NCBI GenBank assembly: GCA_017513085.1
Contig: JAFWDK010000001.1
Span: 34,991 to 98,990 of the forward strand
Direction of reading: 5' to 3'
Length of the DNA: 64,000 nucleotides
Source of the DNA: Clostridiales bacterium
GTDB lineage: Bacteria; Bacillota; Clostridia; Saccharofermentanales; Saccharofermentanaceae
The notes beneath the pieces are model-generated. The model was not told the origin of the DNA. It saw only the letters and a program-made list of their open reading frames with translations, and searched no databases. Below are positions 41,352 to 51,700 of the stretch, piece by piece (the first letter of the stretch is position 1; every line of letters begins with the position of its first letter). Both the position numbers and the translations under genes were made by a program.

Positions 41352-41394
41352 ACAAAAAAACAGTGCGAACAAAAAGTCTTCTTGCGAAGACTTT

Positions 41395-42207
41395 TTAGTT
41401 GCGATCCGGGTTATAGGTGATCGTCGTTCTTTCCGGCAGGGAGTGGGTCAGCCAGACGCTGCCGCCGATCGTGCAGTGGTCGCCGATCACTGTGCTGCCG
41501 CCCAGGATCGTGGCGTTAGCGTAAATGACGACATGATTTCCGATATCGGGGTGACGTTTTCCGCCTTTGACGGGATTTCCGTTCTCATCGAGCTCGAAAC
41601 TCTTGGCGCCGATCGTCACGCCCTGGTAAAGCTTGACATGATGGCCGAGGGTCGCGGTCTCGCCGATAACGATACCGGTCCCGTGGTCGATACAGAAGGC
41701 TTCGCCGATCGTGGCGCCGGGATGGATATCGATGCCGGTACGGCTGTGCGCGTATTCAGTCAGGATACGCGGGATCATCGGCACTCCTAAAAGCCAGAGC
41801 TGATGGGCGATACGGTAGATCGTGATCGTCCGGAAACCGGGGTAGGTGATCAGCACCTCCGCCTCGTCGATGGCTGCCGGGTCCCCTTCATAGATCGCTT
41901 TGAGATCCTTCAGCAGCACCTTTTTAATGGCGGGCAATGTCTGAATAAAGTCTTCGACATACTGCTCTTCGCTTCTCTGCATGGGGATGCAGGCAAAGCG
42001 GAAAGCTTTGCCGATCTCGCTGCCGAGCTGGCTGCGGATATAGGCCAGGCAGTCTTCCGGGGACTTGCCTTCAAAAAGATAGTAGCCGCTCCATAATAAG
42101 GACATGCAGGCTTTTAAGATACGGATATCGAGAGAACGGTTGGGGGCATCCTCCAGTTTGCGGGAGGAGCCGTTGCCGATCGCATTGAGTTCTTCAAGGA
42201 TGTTCAT
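41395..42207 (-). CDS. cysE: Serine O-acetyltransferase
   Basis: GDPAA, TGIDIHPGATIG, IDHGTGIVIGET, KRHP. Confidence 0.9.
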   Translation of the reverse strand: MNILEELNAIGNGSSRKLEDAPNRSLDIRILKACMSLLWSGYYLFEGKSPEDCLAYIRSQLGSEIGKAFRFACIPMQRSEEQYVEDFIQTLPAIKKVLLKDLKAIYEGDPAAIDEAEVLITYPGFRTITIYRIAHQLWLLGVPMIPRILTEYAHSRTGIDIHPGATIGEAFCIDHGTGIVIGETATLGHHVKLYQGVTIGAKSFELDENGNPVKGGKRHPDIGNHVVIYANATILGGSTVIGDHCTIGGSVWLTHSLPERTTITYNPDRN

Positions 42208-42278
42208 GGTTTAAGTTTAGATGAAAAAAGAACAGGTCTCAAGCCAAATGCTAAAGAACCTGTTCCTGTTTGCTTCCG

Positions 42279-42962
42279 TTAAACGGTCTGACTGTCGATC
42301 TGGATGCGGATGACCGTGATATAGGCAAAGGTCACGAGCAGGGGAAGCAGTGTGATCAATACAGCCGCGTTTCCGAGATAAACGGCCATTTTCGTTTCGA
42401 CGAAGCCGCCGAAGATGAATAAGCAGATCACCACGTAATAGAAGAGACCATGACGCATTTCCCTGAGGTCTTTTTTCAGGATGCCGCGGCAGACACTGCC
42501 GGCTGCTTTGCTGAGGTTGCCGGTGAAGACGGTCGTGGAGATCGCCTGTCCGGCAAATTTGGAAAAGGTCGTTGACTGCATGGCGCAGACGAAGGGGATC
42601 AGGATATTGGTGACTGTATCCGCCGCTTCCGTGTGGGGGAGGAAGGAAACGATGACGATCGTGATCATCTCCAGGATCAGGACACCGCGGTGACGGATCT
42701 TCAGATTGTGGGCATCGCTGACTTCCCCGAGCACCGATGCCAGCATGGAGCCGCAGACAAAGGATACGATCGGGATCAGAGCGGCGATACAGCCTTCCGG
42801 CTTACCCTGGGCCAGCAGGATCCCGAGCTTGACCATGTTGCCGGTCTGGGCATTGGCGAAAACGCCGCCTCTTTGAACATATGTATAAGCATCCAGCATC
42901 CCGCCGGTCAGCGATAAAAGCCCGGCCGAGATCGGAGAGTGGGAACCGCTTTGTTTATCCAT
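42279..42962 (-). CDS. YoaK/DUF1275 membrane protein
   Basis: GGMLDAYTY, FANAQTGN, TTVFTGN. Confidence 0.88.
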   Translation of the reverse strand: MDKQSGSHSPISAGLLSLTGGMLDAYTYVQRGGVFANAQTGNMVKLGILLAQGKPEGCIAALIPIVSFVCGSMLASVLGEVSDAHNLKIRHRGVLILEMITIVIVSFLPHTEAADTVTNILIPFVCAMQSTTFSKFAGQAISTTVFTGNLSKAAGSVCRGILKKDLREMRHGLFYYVVICLFIFGGFVETKMAVYLGNAAVLITLLPLLVTFAYITVIRIQIDSQTV

Positions 42963-43106
42963 CCAGTGACCTCCTTTTTAACAACTCAAAAAGTATAGGC
43001 GATGGAAAACATAAACTCAATGCTATTGATTAAGATAAATATATATTAAAAATGTTATAAAAGCAGGGAAGCGTTTCCCTGCTGATTATATATCCCGGGA
43101 AATAAA

Positions 43107-44036
43107 CTATATTCCCAGACCGATCAGATCTGACAGATTTGATCGCTGTGCTGCTTTATAGAGATGGTCCTCTTTCTGCAGATGACCGATCAGAAGCGGG
43201 CTTTCGGGATCGTGCGCCCCGGCATTCCGGCGGACGATCTCCATGTCGTAATTGGCGTAACAGTAGCGGCAGCCGTGCAGGCAGGTGTTATAGGCGCCGA
43301 TATCGTTTCCGATCAGGCAGCTGCAGTTTTCCCGCAGCTTGATGTTCGGAAGGTTTTCCAGAGTGATCCCCAGCGACTGTTCGATCACCGTTCTTGTCAT
43401 GCAGCCATTTGTATCGATGCCGAACTCCTTCATATCGTTTCCCTCGTGACAGGTATAGACTTTCATCGAACAGGCGGAAGCGATCCGGGCGATCTCCCTG
43501 CCCAGGATCCGGCGTTCCTCCTCTGTGACTTCCCGGACTTCGGGAAAGTTCTTCTTTGTTTTGGCATAGAGATCGATGAAGCTGATCACGACTTTCCCGG
43601 TGTATCCTTTTAACTCACTGCACATCCTTTCGAAGTTTTTCAGATGCGACTCTACCGTATAGCGTTCGTTGATAAAGATCGGATCATAACGCCAGGTCAC
43701 GGCCTCGGGACCGACGAGCGCGGACAGTTTCCGGAAACGTTCAAGAACAAGGCTTTTCTCCGGCACATTCGGTTCGATCTCTTTTCCGTAAGGGGTGATC
43801 GTCACATGCCAGAAGAGCCGGAAGCCTTTCAGTTCGTCCAGTCTGTCCAGCATCGGACCGGGATCTTTGGTGCAGAAAACGATGACATCGATCAGCTCCG
43901 GGTCGAGCCGATACTCTGTCACTCTTTGCGGATCATAGGGATTGCGCACCCAGACAAAGCCTTCTTTGATGCGGTTAAAGAACCATTCACTGTAGAAGGC
44001 AGGGATATCTGTTCTTTGGCCGGTATTCAGGATCAT
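43107..44036 (-). CDS. DUF1848 protein (radical-SAM-like fold, C-terminal Cys cluster)
   Basis: RTDIPAFYSEWF, WRYDPI, DIGAYNTCLHGCRYCYAN. Confidence 0.9.
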   Translation of the reverse strand: MILNTGQRTDIPAFYSEWFFNRIKEGFVWVRNPYDPQRVTEYRLDPELIDVIVFCTKDPGPMLDRLDELKGFRLFWHVTITPYGKEIEPNVPEKSLVLERFRKLSALVGPEAVTWRYDPIFINERYTVESHLKNFERMCSELKGYTGKVVISFIDLYAKTKKNFPEVREVTEEERRILGREIARIASACSMKVYTCHEGNDMKEFGIDTNGCMTRTVIEQSLGITLENLPNIKLRENCSCLIGNDIGAYNTCLHGCRYCYANYDMEIVRRNAGAHDPESPLLIGHLQKEDHLYKAAQRSNLSDLIGLGI

Positions 44037-44140
44037 GATCCTATTTTAGCAGAGATGCGCAGGATCGCTGGTAGAGAAGCACTTAAAAACCGGAGACCAT
44101 GCGGTCTCCGGTCATAACGGACGGTAAATATTCTCCGGGA

Positions 44141-44572
44141 TCAGGCTTCCGGAGGAGTAGTCGTCTCCTTGGTTTCCGCCACGACGTTGTCGCGGTTGTC
44201 GAGGATCTGCTGCGCTTCCGCTTTCATGCGTTCCGCCTCAGCCTTGGCCTGTTCCGCTTCCTGCTGCATCTTTCTGGTGCGGGCTTCGTTTTCCTCACGC
44301 TGCAGTCTGTCGGCTTCCGCCTTTTCCTTCTCGTGACGTTTGGCAACGCCGCCGGCTTTCAGGGCGAAACCGAAAAGGATCAGCGAGACGATGACCAGAA
44401 GCAGACCAAACAGCATCTGCCGTACAGTAACGCCGAATTTGGCATCCGCCAGAAGGTTGGAAATGTAATTCAGGAAAGAACGGTTGGAGAAATATGCAAA
44501 TGTCATCAGACCAAGTCCGCCGATAAGGCAGAGCAATCCTAACCAGTTCAGGATCTTTTTGATAATTCTCAT
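44141..44572 (-). CDS. Hypothetical two-TM protein with coiled-coil tail
   Basis: Two hydrophobic helices then an E/K/A/Q-rich tail; RBS ggggtg. Confidence 0.65.
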   Translation of the reverse strand: MRIIKKILNWLGLLCLIGGLGLMTFAYFSNRSFLNYISNLLADAKFGVTVRQMLFGLLLVIVSLILFGFALKAGGVAKRHEKEKAEADRLQREENEARTRKMQQEAEQAKAEAERMKAEAQQILDNRDNVVAETKETTTPPEA

Positions 44573-44635
44573 AAGCTTTCACCCCTTTAGTATCATTTCC
44601 ATTTTAGCATTTCTGCTTCTTTTGCAAAGAAAAAC

Positions 44636-45127
44636 CTAATGTTTGAGCGAAAGCTTTTCGCTCGGGATATGGCAGTAGCCGCCGGGATTCTTGTCGAGAT
44701 ATTTCTGATGATATTCCTCGGCTTTATAGAAGTTCTGCAGCGGCAGGATCTCGGTCACGATCGGATCGCTGTATTTTTTCTGTTCCTCTGCTGTCACTTC
44801 CCTGATCAGCGGGAGGTCTTCCTCATTGAGATAGTAGATACCGGTGCGGTAGTTGTTGCCGATGTCATGTCCCTGACGGTCTTTGACTGTGGGCTCGATG
44901 ATGTCGTAGTAGAGTTCGAGGATCTTCCTCAGCGGAAGGACCGCCGGGTCATATTCCAGTTTTAAGGTCTCGGTAAAGCCGGTCGTCTGGGTGCGGACCT
45001 CCTCATAGGTCGGGTTTTCCTTATTTCCGTTGGCATAACCGACTTCGGTAGAAAGGACACCGTCAAACTGTTCAAAGTATTTCTCGACGCCCCAGAAGCA
45101 GCCACCTGCAAGATAGATCGTTTTCAT
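44636..45127 (-). CDS. msrA: Peptide methionine sulfoxide reductase A
   Basis: AGGCFWG, YRTGIY, AEEYHQKYL, GYCH. Confidence 0.95.
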   Translation of the reverse strand: MKTIYLAGGCFWGVEKYFEQFDGVLSTEVGYANGNKENPTYEEVRTQTTGFTETLKLEYDPAVLPLRKILELYYDIIEPTVKDRQGHDIGNNYRTGIYYLNEEDLPLIREVTAEEQKKYSDPIVTEILPLQNFYKAEEYHQKYLDKNPGGYCHIPSEKLSLKH

Positions 45128-46476
45128 ATGCGTATTTCTGTCCACCTTCCTCTGATAAAACGTGTACTGTTGAGAACGAAACGGGTGAACTGGTCAGCGA
45201 GCACACCGGCCCAGACCCCGTTCAGTCCGAGCTGAAAGACATTGAAGCCAAGATAGGTCACGGCTGTACGGATGATCGATACCGACAACAATGCCACGAA
45301 AAGCACGTAGCGGGCATCGCCGGCACCGCGCAGACAGCCGGAGTAAATGATCTGGGAGACCTGGAACAGCAGGATAACGATCATCCAGGTGCAGATCGTG
45401 ACCCCCATCTCAATGATATGTGTCTCCTTGAAGAAAAGCGAGTAGATCGCTCTTCCGCCGAAGAAGAGGATCGCCGAAAGGCAGAGCGAGATCAGGAAAC
45501 CGATATTCTGGCAGAGACTGCCGTAGGTCTTTGCCCGTTCTTTCTTTCCTTCGCCCAAGGAACGGCCGATCAGGGCAACGGCCGCGACCTGCATGCCGTC
45601 CCCGAAGGAGAAGCCGAGATTGAGCACGTTCATGCCGACCTGATGGGCGGCAAAGGCATCGGTCCCGAGTTTTGCTGCGAATAAGGCGGTCGTCAGGAAA
45701 CCGATACGCATCAGAAGATTCTCAAGCAGGAAGTTCAGAGTCAGTTTGATCATCCGGGTGAAACTCGACCAGGTCGGAAGGATCTTTTCTTCGAGGATGT
45801 ATTTTACCTGCAGGTAGCTTGTTTCCTTGAACAGGGAGATGACCGAAAGGATGCTGGCGACGGCTGTGCCCAAGACCGTCGCCCCGGCAGCGCCCAGGAT
45901 CCCCAGGGCCGGGAAACCGTGTTTGCCGGTGATCAGAAGGTAATTGAAAACGATGTTGACGATCGAGGAAGTCACGTTCGTCGTCATCGCGACACGGGTA
46001 TTGCCGCTGCCCCGCTGGGCAGCGTTGATGACCATTGAGAGTACATTGAAGAAACAGCCGCCCATGATGATCCGGAAATACAGGACCGCCGCGTCATGGG
46101 TATCGGGATTGCTGCCGCAGAGGCGCATCATGTCTTCCGCGAAGACGACACAGAGCACACTGACGAGCAGACACATGATCAGGGTATAGACGAGAGCTGT
46201 CAGGAAGATCTCATTCGCTTCCCTTTGTTTATTCTGACCTCTGCGTCTGGCGACCAGCGCCGAGACCGCGATATTGGCGGTAACGAAGAAGGCGAGGCCG
46301 ATGAATTTGGGCTGCGTCGTCAGTCCGACAGCCGCCACCGCAAAAGGGCCGAGTTCCGATACCATCAGGGTATCGATCATCCCGGCCAGGGAAATAAAGA
46401 CGCTCTCTAATACGGCGGGCCACGCCATTCTGAGCGTCTCTTTGATCAGTTCTTTTTTGGAAACAGCGGCAGTGAT
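45124..46476 (-). CDS. MATE efflux protein (start probably non-ATG, upstream of 46428)
   Basis: IDTLMVSELG, RGSGNT, LRGAGD. The frame stays open upstream of the first ATG as ITAAVSKKELIKETLR. Confidence 0.88.
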   Translation of the reverse strand: MTAAVSKKELIKETLRMAWPAVLESVFISLAGMIDTLMVSELGPFAVAAVGLTTQPKFIGLAFFVTANIAVSALVARRRGQNKQREANEIFLTALVYTLIMCLLVSVLCVVFAEDMMRLCGSNPDTHDAAVLYFRIIMGGCFFNVLSMVINAAQRGSGNTRVAMTTNVTSSIVNIVFNYLLITGKHGFPALGILGAAGATVLGTAVASILSVISLFKETSYLQVKYILEEKILPTWSSFTRMIKLTLNFLLENLLMRIGFLTTALFAAKLGTDAFAAHQVGMNVLNLGFSFGDGMQVAAVALIGRSLGEGKKERAKTYGSLCQNIGFLISLCLSAILFFGGRAIYSLFFKETHIIEMGVTICTWMIVILLFQVSQIIYSGCLRGAGDARYVLFVALLSVSIIRTAVTYLGFNVFQLGLNGVWAGVLADQFTRFVLNSTRFIRGRWTEIRI

Positions 46477-46496
46477 AAGCAGACTCCGGTCAGAGA

Positions 46497-46922
46497 TCAG
46501 AGATCTTCTTCAAAGCGCGCCATGTATTTGCGGACATCGCGCAGGATAACTACATCACTGGGGTAGGTAAGGTATGCCTGGGCTTCTGTATAGGGGATCC
46601 ATTCGACTCTTTCGATCCCTTCGTCTTCGGATCCGGGTTCACCTTCGACCACGACACCGGCAAAGTAAACAACGATCTTATGTGTGCCGGGCTGCGGCAG
46701 GTAGGATGAGATACCGCGGTAATCGTTCTCCAAAGCGACCGTATAGCCGGTCTCTTCTTTTACTTCACGCAGAGCTGTTTCTCTTTCGGTCTCATCTCCC
46801 TCAACGTGGCCTTTGGGGAAACCCCAGTGGCCCATTGTGTGTTTGATAAGCAGGACATCATAGTCAAAACGGTCTTCGTTCTTACGCAGGATGACTGCAC
46901 CGCAGGATTTCTCTTCGATCAT
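46497..46922 (-). CDS. NUDIX hydrolase (Ap4A-hydrolase-like)
   Basis: EKSCGAV, WGFPKGHVEGDETERETALREVKEETG. Confidence 0.9.
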   Translation of the reverse strand: MIEEKSCGAVILRKNEDRFDYDVLLIKHTMGHWGFPKGHVEGDETERETALREVKEETGYTVALENDYRGISSYLPQPGTHKIVVYFAGVVVEGEPGSEDEGIERVEWIPYTEAQAYLTYPSDVVILRDVRKYMARFEEDL

Positions 46923-47080
46923 AAAAGTAACCCCCCATATTTATCACTAAAATAAATTATAACAACTGCGATTTTCTGGTGCAATCAGCAAACACCCTCA
47001 CCTGTAAGACCTCGCACGGGGATACGGCATAATATGAAAGCCGCATAGGCGGGTCAGGAGAATTTTGTTAAAATCATGGT

Positions 47081-48226
47081 ATGGAGGACATAGTAAAAGC
47101 GGAAGCGATCGCCTCAAAGATCGCGGAAGCGGGAGGAAGAGCTTATTACGTCGGCGGCTGTGTCCGCGACAAGCTTTTAAAACGTCCCTGCAAGGACCTG
47201 GATATCGAGGTCTACGGGATCCCGGCCGAAAAGCTCGAGGAGCTGCTCTCCTCTTTCGGCAATGTCTTGACTGTCGGCAAAAGCTTCGGCATCTTCAAGC
47301 TTGAACATACTTCGCTCGACATCGCGCTGCCCCGCACCGAAGAAAAGATCGGAGAAGGCCATCGTGCCTTTCTGACTTCGGCAGACCCGTTCCTCTCTCC
47401 GGAGACCGCTTCCTCGCGGCGTGACTTCACCGTCAACGCCCTGATGGAAGATGTTTTGAGCGGCGAGATCCACGATTATCATCACGGCCTCGAAGATCTT
47501 GAAAAAGGGATCCTGCGTCATGTGAACGATGCGAGCTTCTCGGAAGATCCGCTCCGCGTCCTGCGGGCTGCCCGCTTCGCGGCGCAGCTGGGCTTTGATG
47601 TCGCGGAAGAGACCCGGGAACTGTGCCGGAAGATCGATCTGTCCTCGCTTTCCCGGGAACGGGTCGAAGGAGAAACAGAGAAGGCTCTGTTAAGCAGGGA
47701 ACCTGGGCGTTATTTCCGTGAGCTGCGGCAGATGGAACAGCTGGAAGAATACTATGCCGAGCTGAAGGAAGATCCGGTATTCGATGAAAGAGTTCTCGCC
47801 CTGCGCGATGAGGCGAAAGAGCCGGTGGAATACATGCTCGATATCCTCTGTGCCGGCATGACGGCGAAAGAAAAAGAGAGTTTCCTGCGCCGTTTCGTGA
47901 CCAAGAAATATGAGCTGAAGGAGCTGAAATACCGGACCTGTGAAGATATCACCGAAAAGACCGCGCTTTTCACGAAGCTCGATCAGCTGACGGAACCCGG
48001 TGACTATCTGCTGGTCCTGCGCGCCCTTTATCCGCAGAACGAAGAGAAATACATCGCTCTCGGGAAAGACTATCAGTCTTTCCTGCAGAAGGAACATATC
48101 AGCGGCGAAGAACTGATCGCGCTGGGGATGAAGCCGGGTAAGGAACTCGGTGAGCTGATGAAAAAGATCCGCAAAGAGGAATATACCCGCAGCAAGGAAG
48201 AGATCCTGGAGGAATTGAAGAAATGA
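47081..48226 (+). CDS. cca: tRNA nucleotidyltransferase (CCA-adding family)
   Basis: VGGCVRD, DLDIE, RRDFTVNA, EDPLRVLRAARF. Confidence 0.88.
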   Translation: MEDIVKAEAIASKIAEAGGRAYYVGGCVRDKLLKRPCKDLDIEVYGIPAEKLEELLSSFGNVLTVGKSFGIFKLEHTSLDIALPRTEEKIGEGHRAFLTSADPFLSPETASSRRDFTVNALMEDVLSGEIHDYHHGLEDLEKGILRHVNDASFSEDPLRVLRAARFAAQLGFDVAEETRELCRKIDLSSLSRERVEGETEKALLSREPGRYFRELRQMEQLEEYYAELKEDPVFDERVLALRDEAKEPVEYMLDILCAGMTAKEKESFLRRFVTKKYELKELKYRTCEDITEKTALFTKLDQLTEPGDYLLVLRALYPQNEEKYIALGKDYQSFLQKEHISGEELIALGMKPGKELGELMKKIRKEEYTRSKEEILEELKK

Positions 48227-48675
48227 AACGAATGGAACAATGCGTTCTGACGAATATGTGTCTGGTCCGCAGGGGAGACGAGATCCTCGTGCAGCTGCGC
48301 ACGAAAAAAGACTGGCCGGGCATCACCCTGCCGGGCGGACATGCCGAAAAAGGGGAAGGCCTCAGCCAGGCGGTGATCCGCGAGGTCTATGAGGAGACCG
48401 GTCTGACGATCCGGCATCCGCGTCTCTGCGGCATCGAGGAGTTCAAGACCGAGGAGGAAGACCGTTACTTCGTCTTCTTTTATGTCGCGGATGAATATGA
48501 GGGTGAATTAAAAGACTCTGCGGAAGGCAAGGTCTTCTGGATCAAACGCGCGGATCTTGAGAAATACGAGTTATCCTATGACTTGATGGAGATCATGGAA
48601 GTGATCGAGAACGATCAGATCAGCGAACTGCGCTATTTCATGGAGAACGGCGAGTGGAAATCGGTCTACGAATGA
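48223..48675 (+). CDS. MutT-like NUDIX hydrolase
   Basis: LTNMCL, PGGHAEKGEGLSQAVIREVYEETG. Confidence 0.88.
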   Translation: MKRMEQCVLTNMCLVRRGDEILVQLRTKKDWPGITLPGGHAEKGEGLSQAVIREVYEETGLTIRHPRLCGIEEFKTEEEDRYFVFFYVADEYEGELKDSAEGKVFWIKRADLEKYELSYDLMEIMEVIENDQISELRYFMENGEWKSVYE

Positions 48676-48716
48676 GCCATTTCCGATAAAAGATGTAATG
48701 AAAAGCGTTCCTGAAC

Positions 48717-51700
48717 TCAGGAACGCTTGATCTCAATGAATTTTTTCAGAGACAGGGCATAGATATATGCCTTTTTCTTTTTCTGCGGGTAGAGCTTATC
48801 CAGGACATCGAAATAACTGTTCAGCTGTCCCTGATATCGTCCGATAAGAGTCTCTTCATCCGCGCCGACATCTGTCTTATAGTCGGCGAGCAGGATGTCC
48901 TCACCGATCGCGACGAAATCCATGAAACCATGCAAAGTCCGGTTTCCTTCGCGCAGGTAGAAGGAATATTCCTGATGGATCTCTTCTTTGGTGTACCGGC
49001 GGATCAAAGGATCGTTCGCGAAACCGAGGATGCGGGATACCTCTTCATCCGTCAGCTGCGGATCGATCGCCCGGATCTCTTTATCTCCGGTCGGACAGCC
49101 GTAATCGATCTTCGCCAGGATCTCGTGGATGCGGGTGCCGTAATTCATGCCGGCCAGCGCGTCGAGATCGAGATCACGGGAATGCTGCTCGAAATCGGAG
49201 GGTGAAGCTTCCTCCTGTTCTTCCAGAACATAGTCCTTATGGGGCAGTTCGGTCTTCTGCGCTCTGGCGCGGGAAACATAGCGGATCTCCGGATCGAATG
49301 TATAATCGACCGTTTGGATCAGCTGCGGATCAAGACCGCAGTTTCCGATGACAGTCGTGAAATCGAGCCGTTCGGAAGCGCTGCGGCTCAGATCCTTATC
49401 GGTTTCTTCCGGATTGAAGGCGTCAAGGATCACGAGCTTCTTCTTTGCCCTCGTCAGAGCGACATATAAAAGGCGAAGATATTCTTCCTGGTCAAGCAGA
49501 TCGTCCTTATTGAGGATCGCCTGACGTTTCAGGCTGTTATTCAGGAAATGGTAGGGCTTTTCAAAGACAGTAAGGCCGACACCGAGATCGATGTCGATCA
49601 TCGAAGAGGCGGATTTCTGCTTGTTGCTGTGAGAGGAGAGGAAGAAGACAGCGTCATATTCGAGACCCTTGGAACCGTGGATCGTCATGATCTTGACGAC
49701 CGGCGCGTCTTCGGAAACACCGACAGCCGCTTCCTTCTGGGTCTCCTTGGATTCCTCGATGAATTCGATCATCTCATGCAGAGAGGCGAAGCCGTAGTTC
49801 TCGAAAGCCGCCAGGAAGTAGGCAACGTTGGTCTTTTCCTCTTCCGGCAGGTCATCGTAGAAATGACGCAGACTGACCAGCTCGTGCAGAAGCTCGCTCA
49901 GCCGGTTGGCTTCCGCGAGTGCCGAGAGTCTTTCATAGTCTTCCCGGAACGGCGGATACTCTTTGAAGATTCCTTTTAAGGTAAGCAGCGCCTCATCGTC
50001 CAGTCCGTAGAACGGGGAGGAGAGGACGGCTGTCAGGCTGATGTTGTCACCCGGATCTTCAAGGACCCGGAACCAGGAAGTGAGGATATCCATGGCGACG
50101 GAATTGAAGTAGCCCTCGTTGTCCTTCATGAAATAGGGGATACCGGCATCTTCGAGCGCCATGCGCACTTCATTCTTCTCGTAGTGGGAACGCAGGATAA
50201 CGGCCATCTCCTTATAGGGAATGCCTTCCTCAGCGGTCTTTAGGATCTCCTGCGCCAGTGCTTTGGCACGGACGATGCGCAGTCCGGTGCTCGAGGTCTT
50301 TTCGCTGGCCAGGGCGCGGACAAAATGCAGCTCACTGTTGTCCTTATCGGCGTTGAAGCCTGCCGGGATCTGCACGTCTTCCGGTGTGAAGACTCTGCGG
50401 CGCAGGTTCATCGCCGCTTCAAACAGGGCATTGTTGAATTCGACGACGTTCTTTTTGGAACGGTAGTTTTCGCGTAAATGGATCTTTTCAAAGCGGGGAT
50501 CACTGCGTAAAGAGATCATGATCTCCGGCTTGGCGTTGCGGAAACGGTAGATCGACTGCTTGACGTCACCGACAAGGAAGAGGTTGTTGTCTTCCAGAAG
50601 CGAGAGCAGGCTCCACTGTCCTTCGCTCGTATCCTGGAATTCATCGACCATGATCTCCTTGTAGCGCTTCTTCAGCTGCTTCGCGATCGCACAGTCGTTC
50701 TTGGTAAGGATCGCGTAGGCGTAATGTTCAAAGTCATCGAAATCCAGACATTCGTTTTCCGCCTTGATCGCGTTGTAGTTCGCCAGCGCTTCCTTGCAGA
50801 TATTGATCAACGCCTTTTCATAAGGCAGGGACTGACGATGGTATTTCAGAAGGTCCTCGGTCGAATCATAGCCTTTGGCGATCTTCGTGAAATATTCGGC
50901 CAGCTCATCGCGCAGGGCTTTGTACTGTTCGGAATCGCCTTCGCAGTTCTTGGACTTTCGTTTTGCGGGCAGACTGTGCAGGATATGCGGCAGCATATCA
51001 TTGAACTCCCGCAGATCTTCGGTATCCAGAAGCTGTTCTACGCCTTCTTTCAGCGACGGATAGAATTCCGCGTGTTCGCCGGTCAGAAGGATCTCCTCGA
51101 TGACCTGCAGCGCGTCCTTCAGCAGAAGACGCTTGTTCAGCGCATAGTAATCGGTCATCTCCGGATCGAGGTCTTCAAGACGCGAAACGTCGTTATCGAT
51201 CCAGCTGTCGAGCTTGGCAAAAGGATCGGCGGCGCTTCCCGCTTTGTTTAAGATCTTCGCGATCACATCCGCCAGCGAATCCTTGGAGAACAGGTTCTCG
51301 CTGAAAAGCAGGTTGAGTTCACGGGTATCGCAGTCCGCGGACGCGATCGCCTTTTCGATCGCTTCCTTGAGATACAGACTGCCCCGGGCTTCATCCAGGA
51401 TCGTTTCGGCGCGTTTGCGGGAAAGCGGAAGGACATAATAGTATTCTTTGATCAGCCGCAGACAGAAGGAATGGATCGTGGAGATCTGGGCGGAGCTGAT
51501 CGCGGACAACTGTTTGGTCAGGAATTCATCCTGCGGATCTTTCACGTGGGCATCCTGCAGCGCTTTCTTCAAACGGCGGGCCATATTGGAGGCAGCCGCC
51601 TCGGTAAAGGTCATGGCCGCGATCTCTTCAAGCGGGATACGGTCGGTCAGGATCCGTTTCATCAGGCGTTCAATCAGGACAGTGGTCTTGCCGCCGCCGG

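Noticed and set aside
46985-47062. 6S RNA, SRP RNA or group II intron domain V
   Set aside because: Only short fragments resemble these; length and conserved cores do not match.
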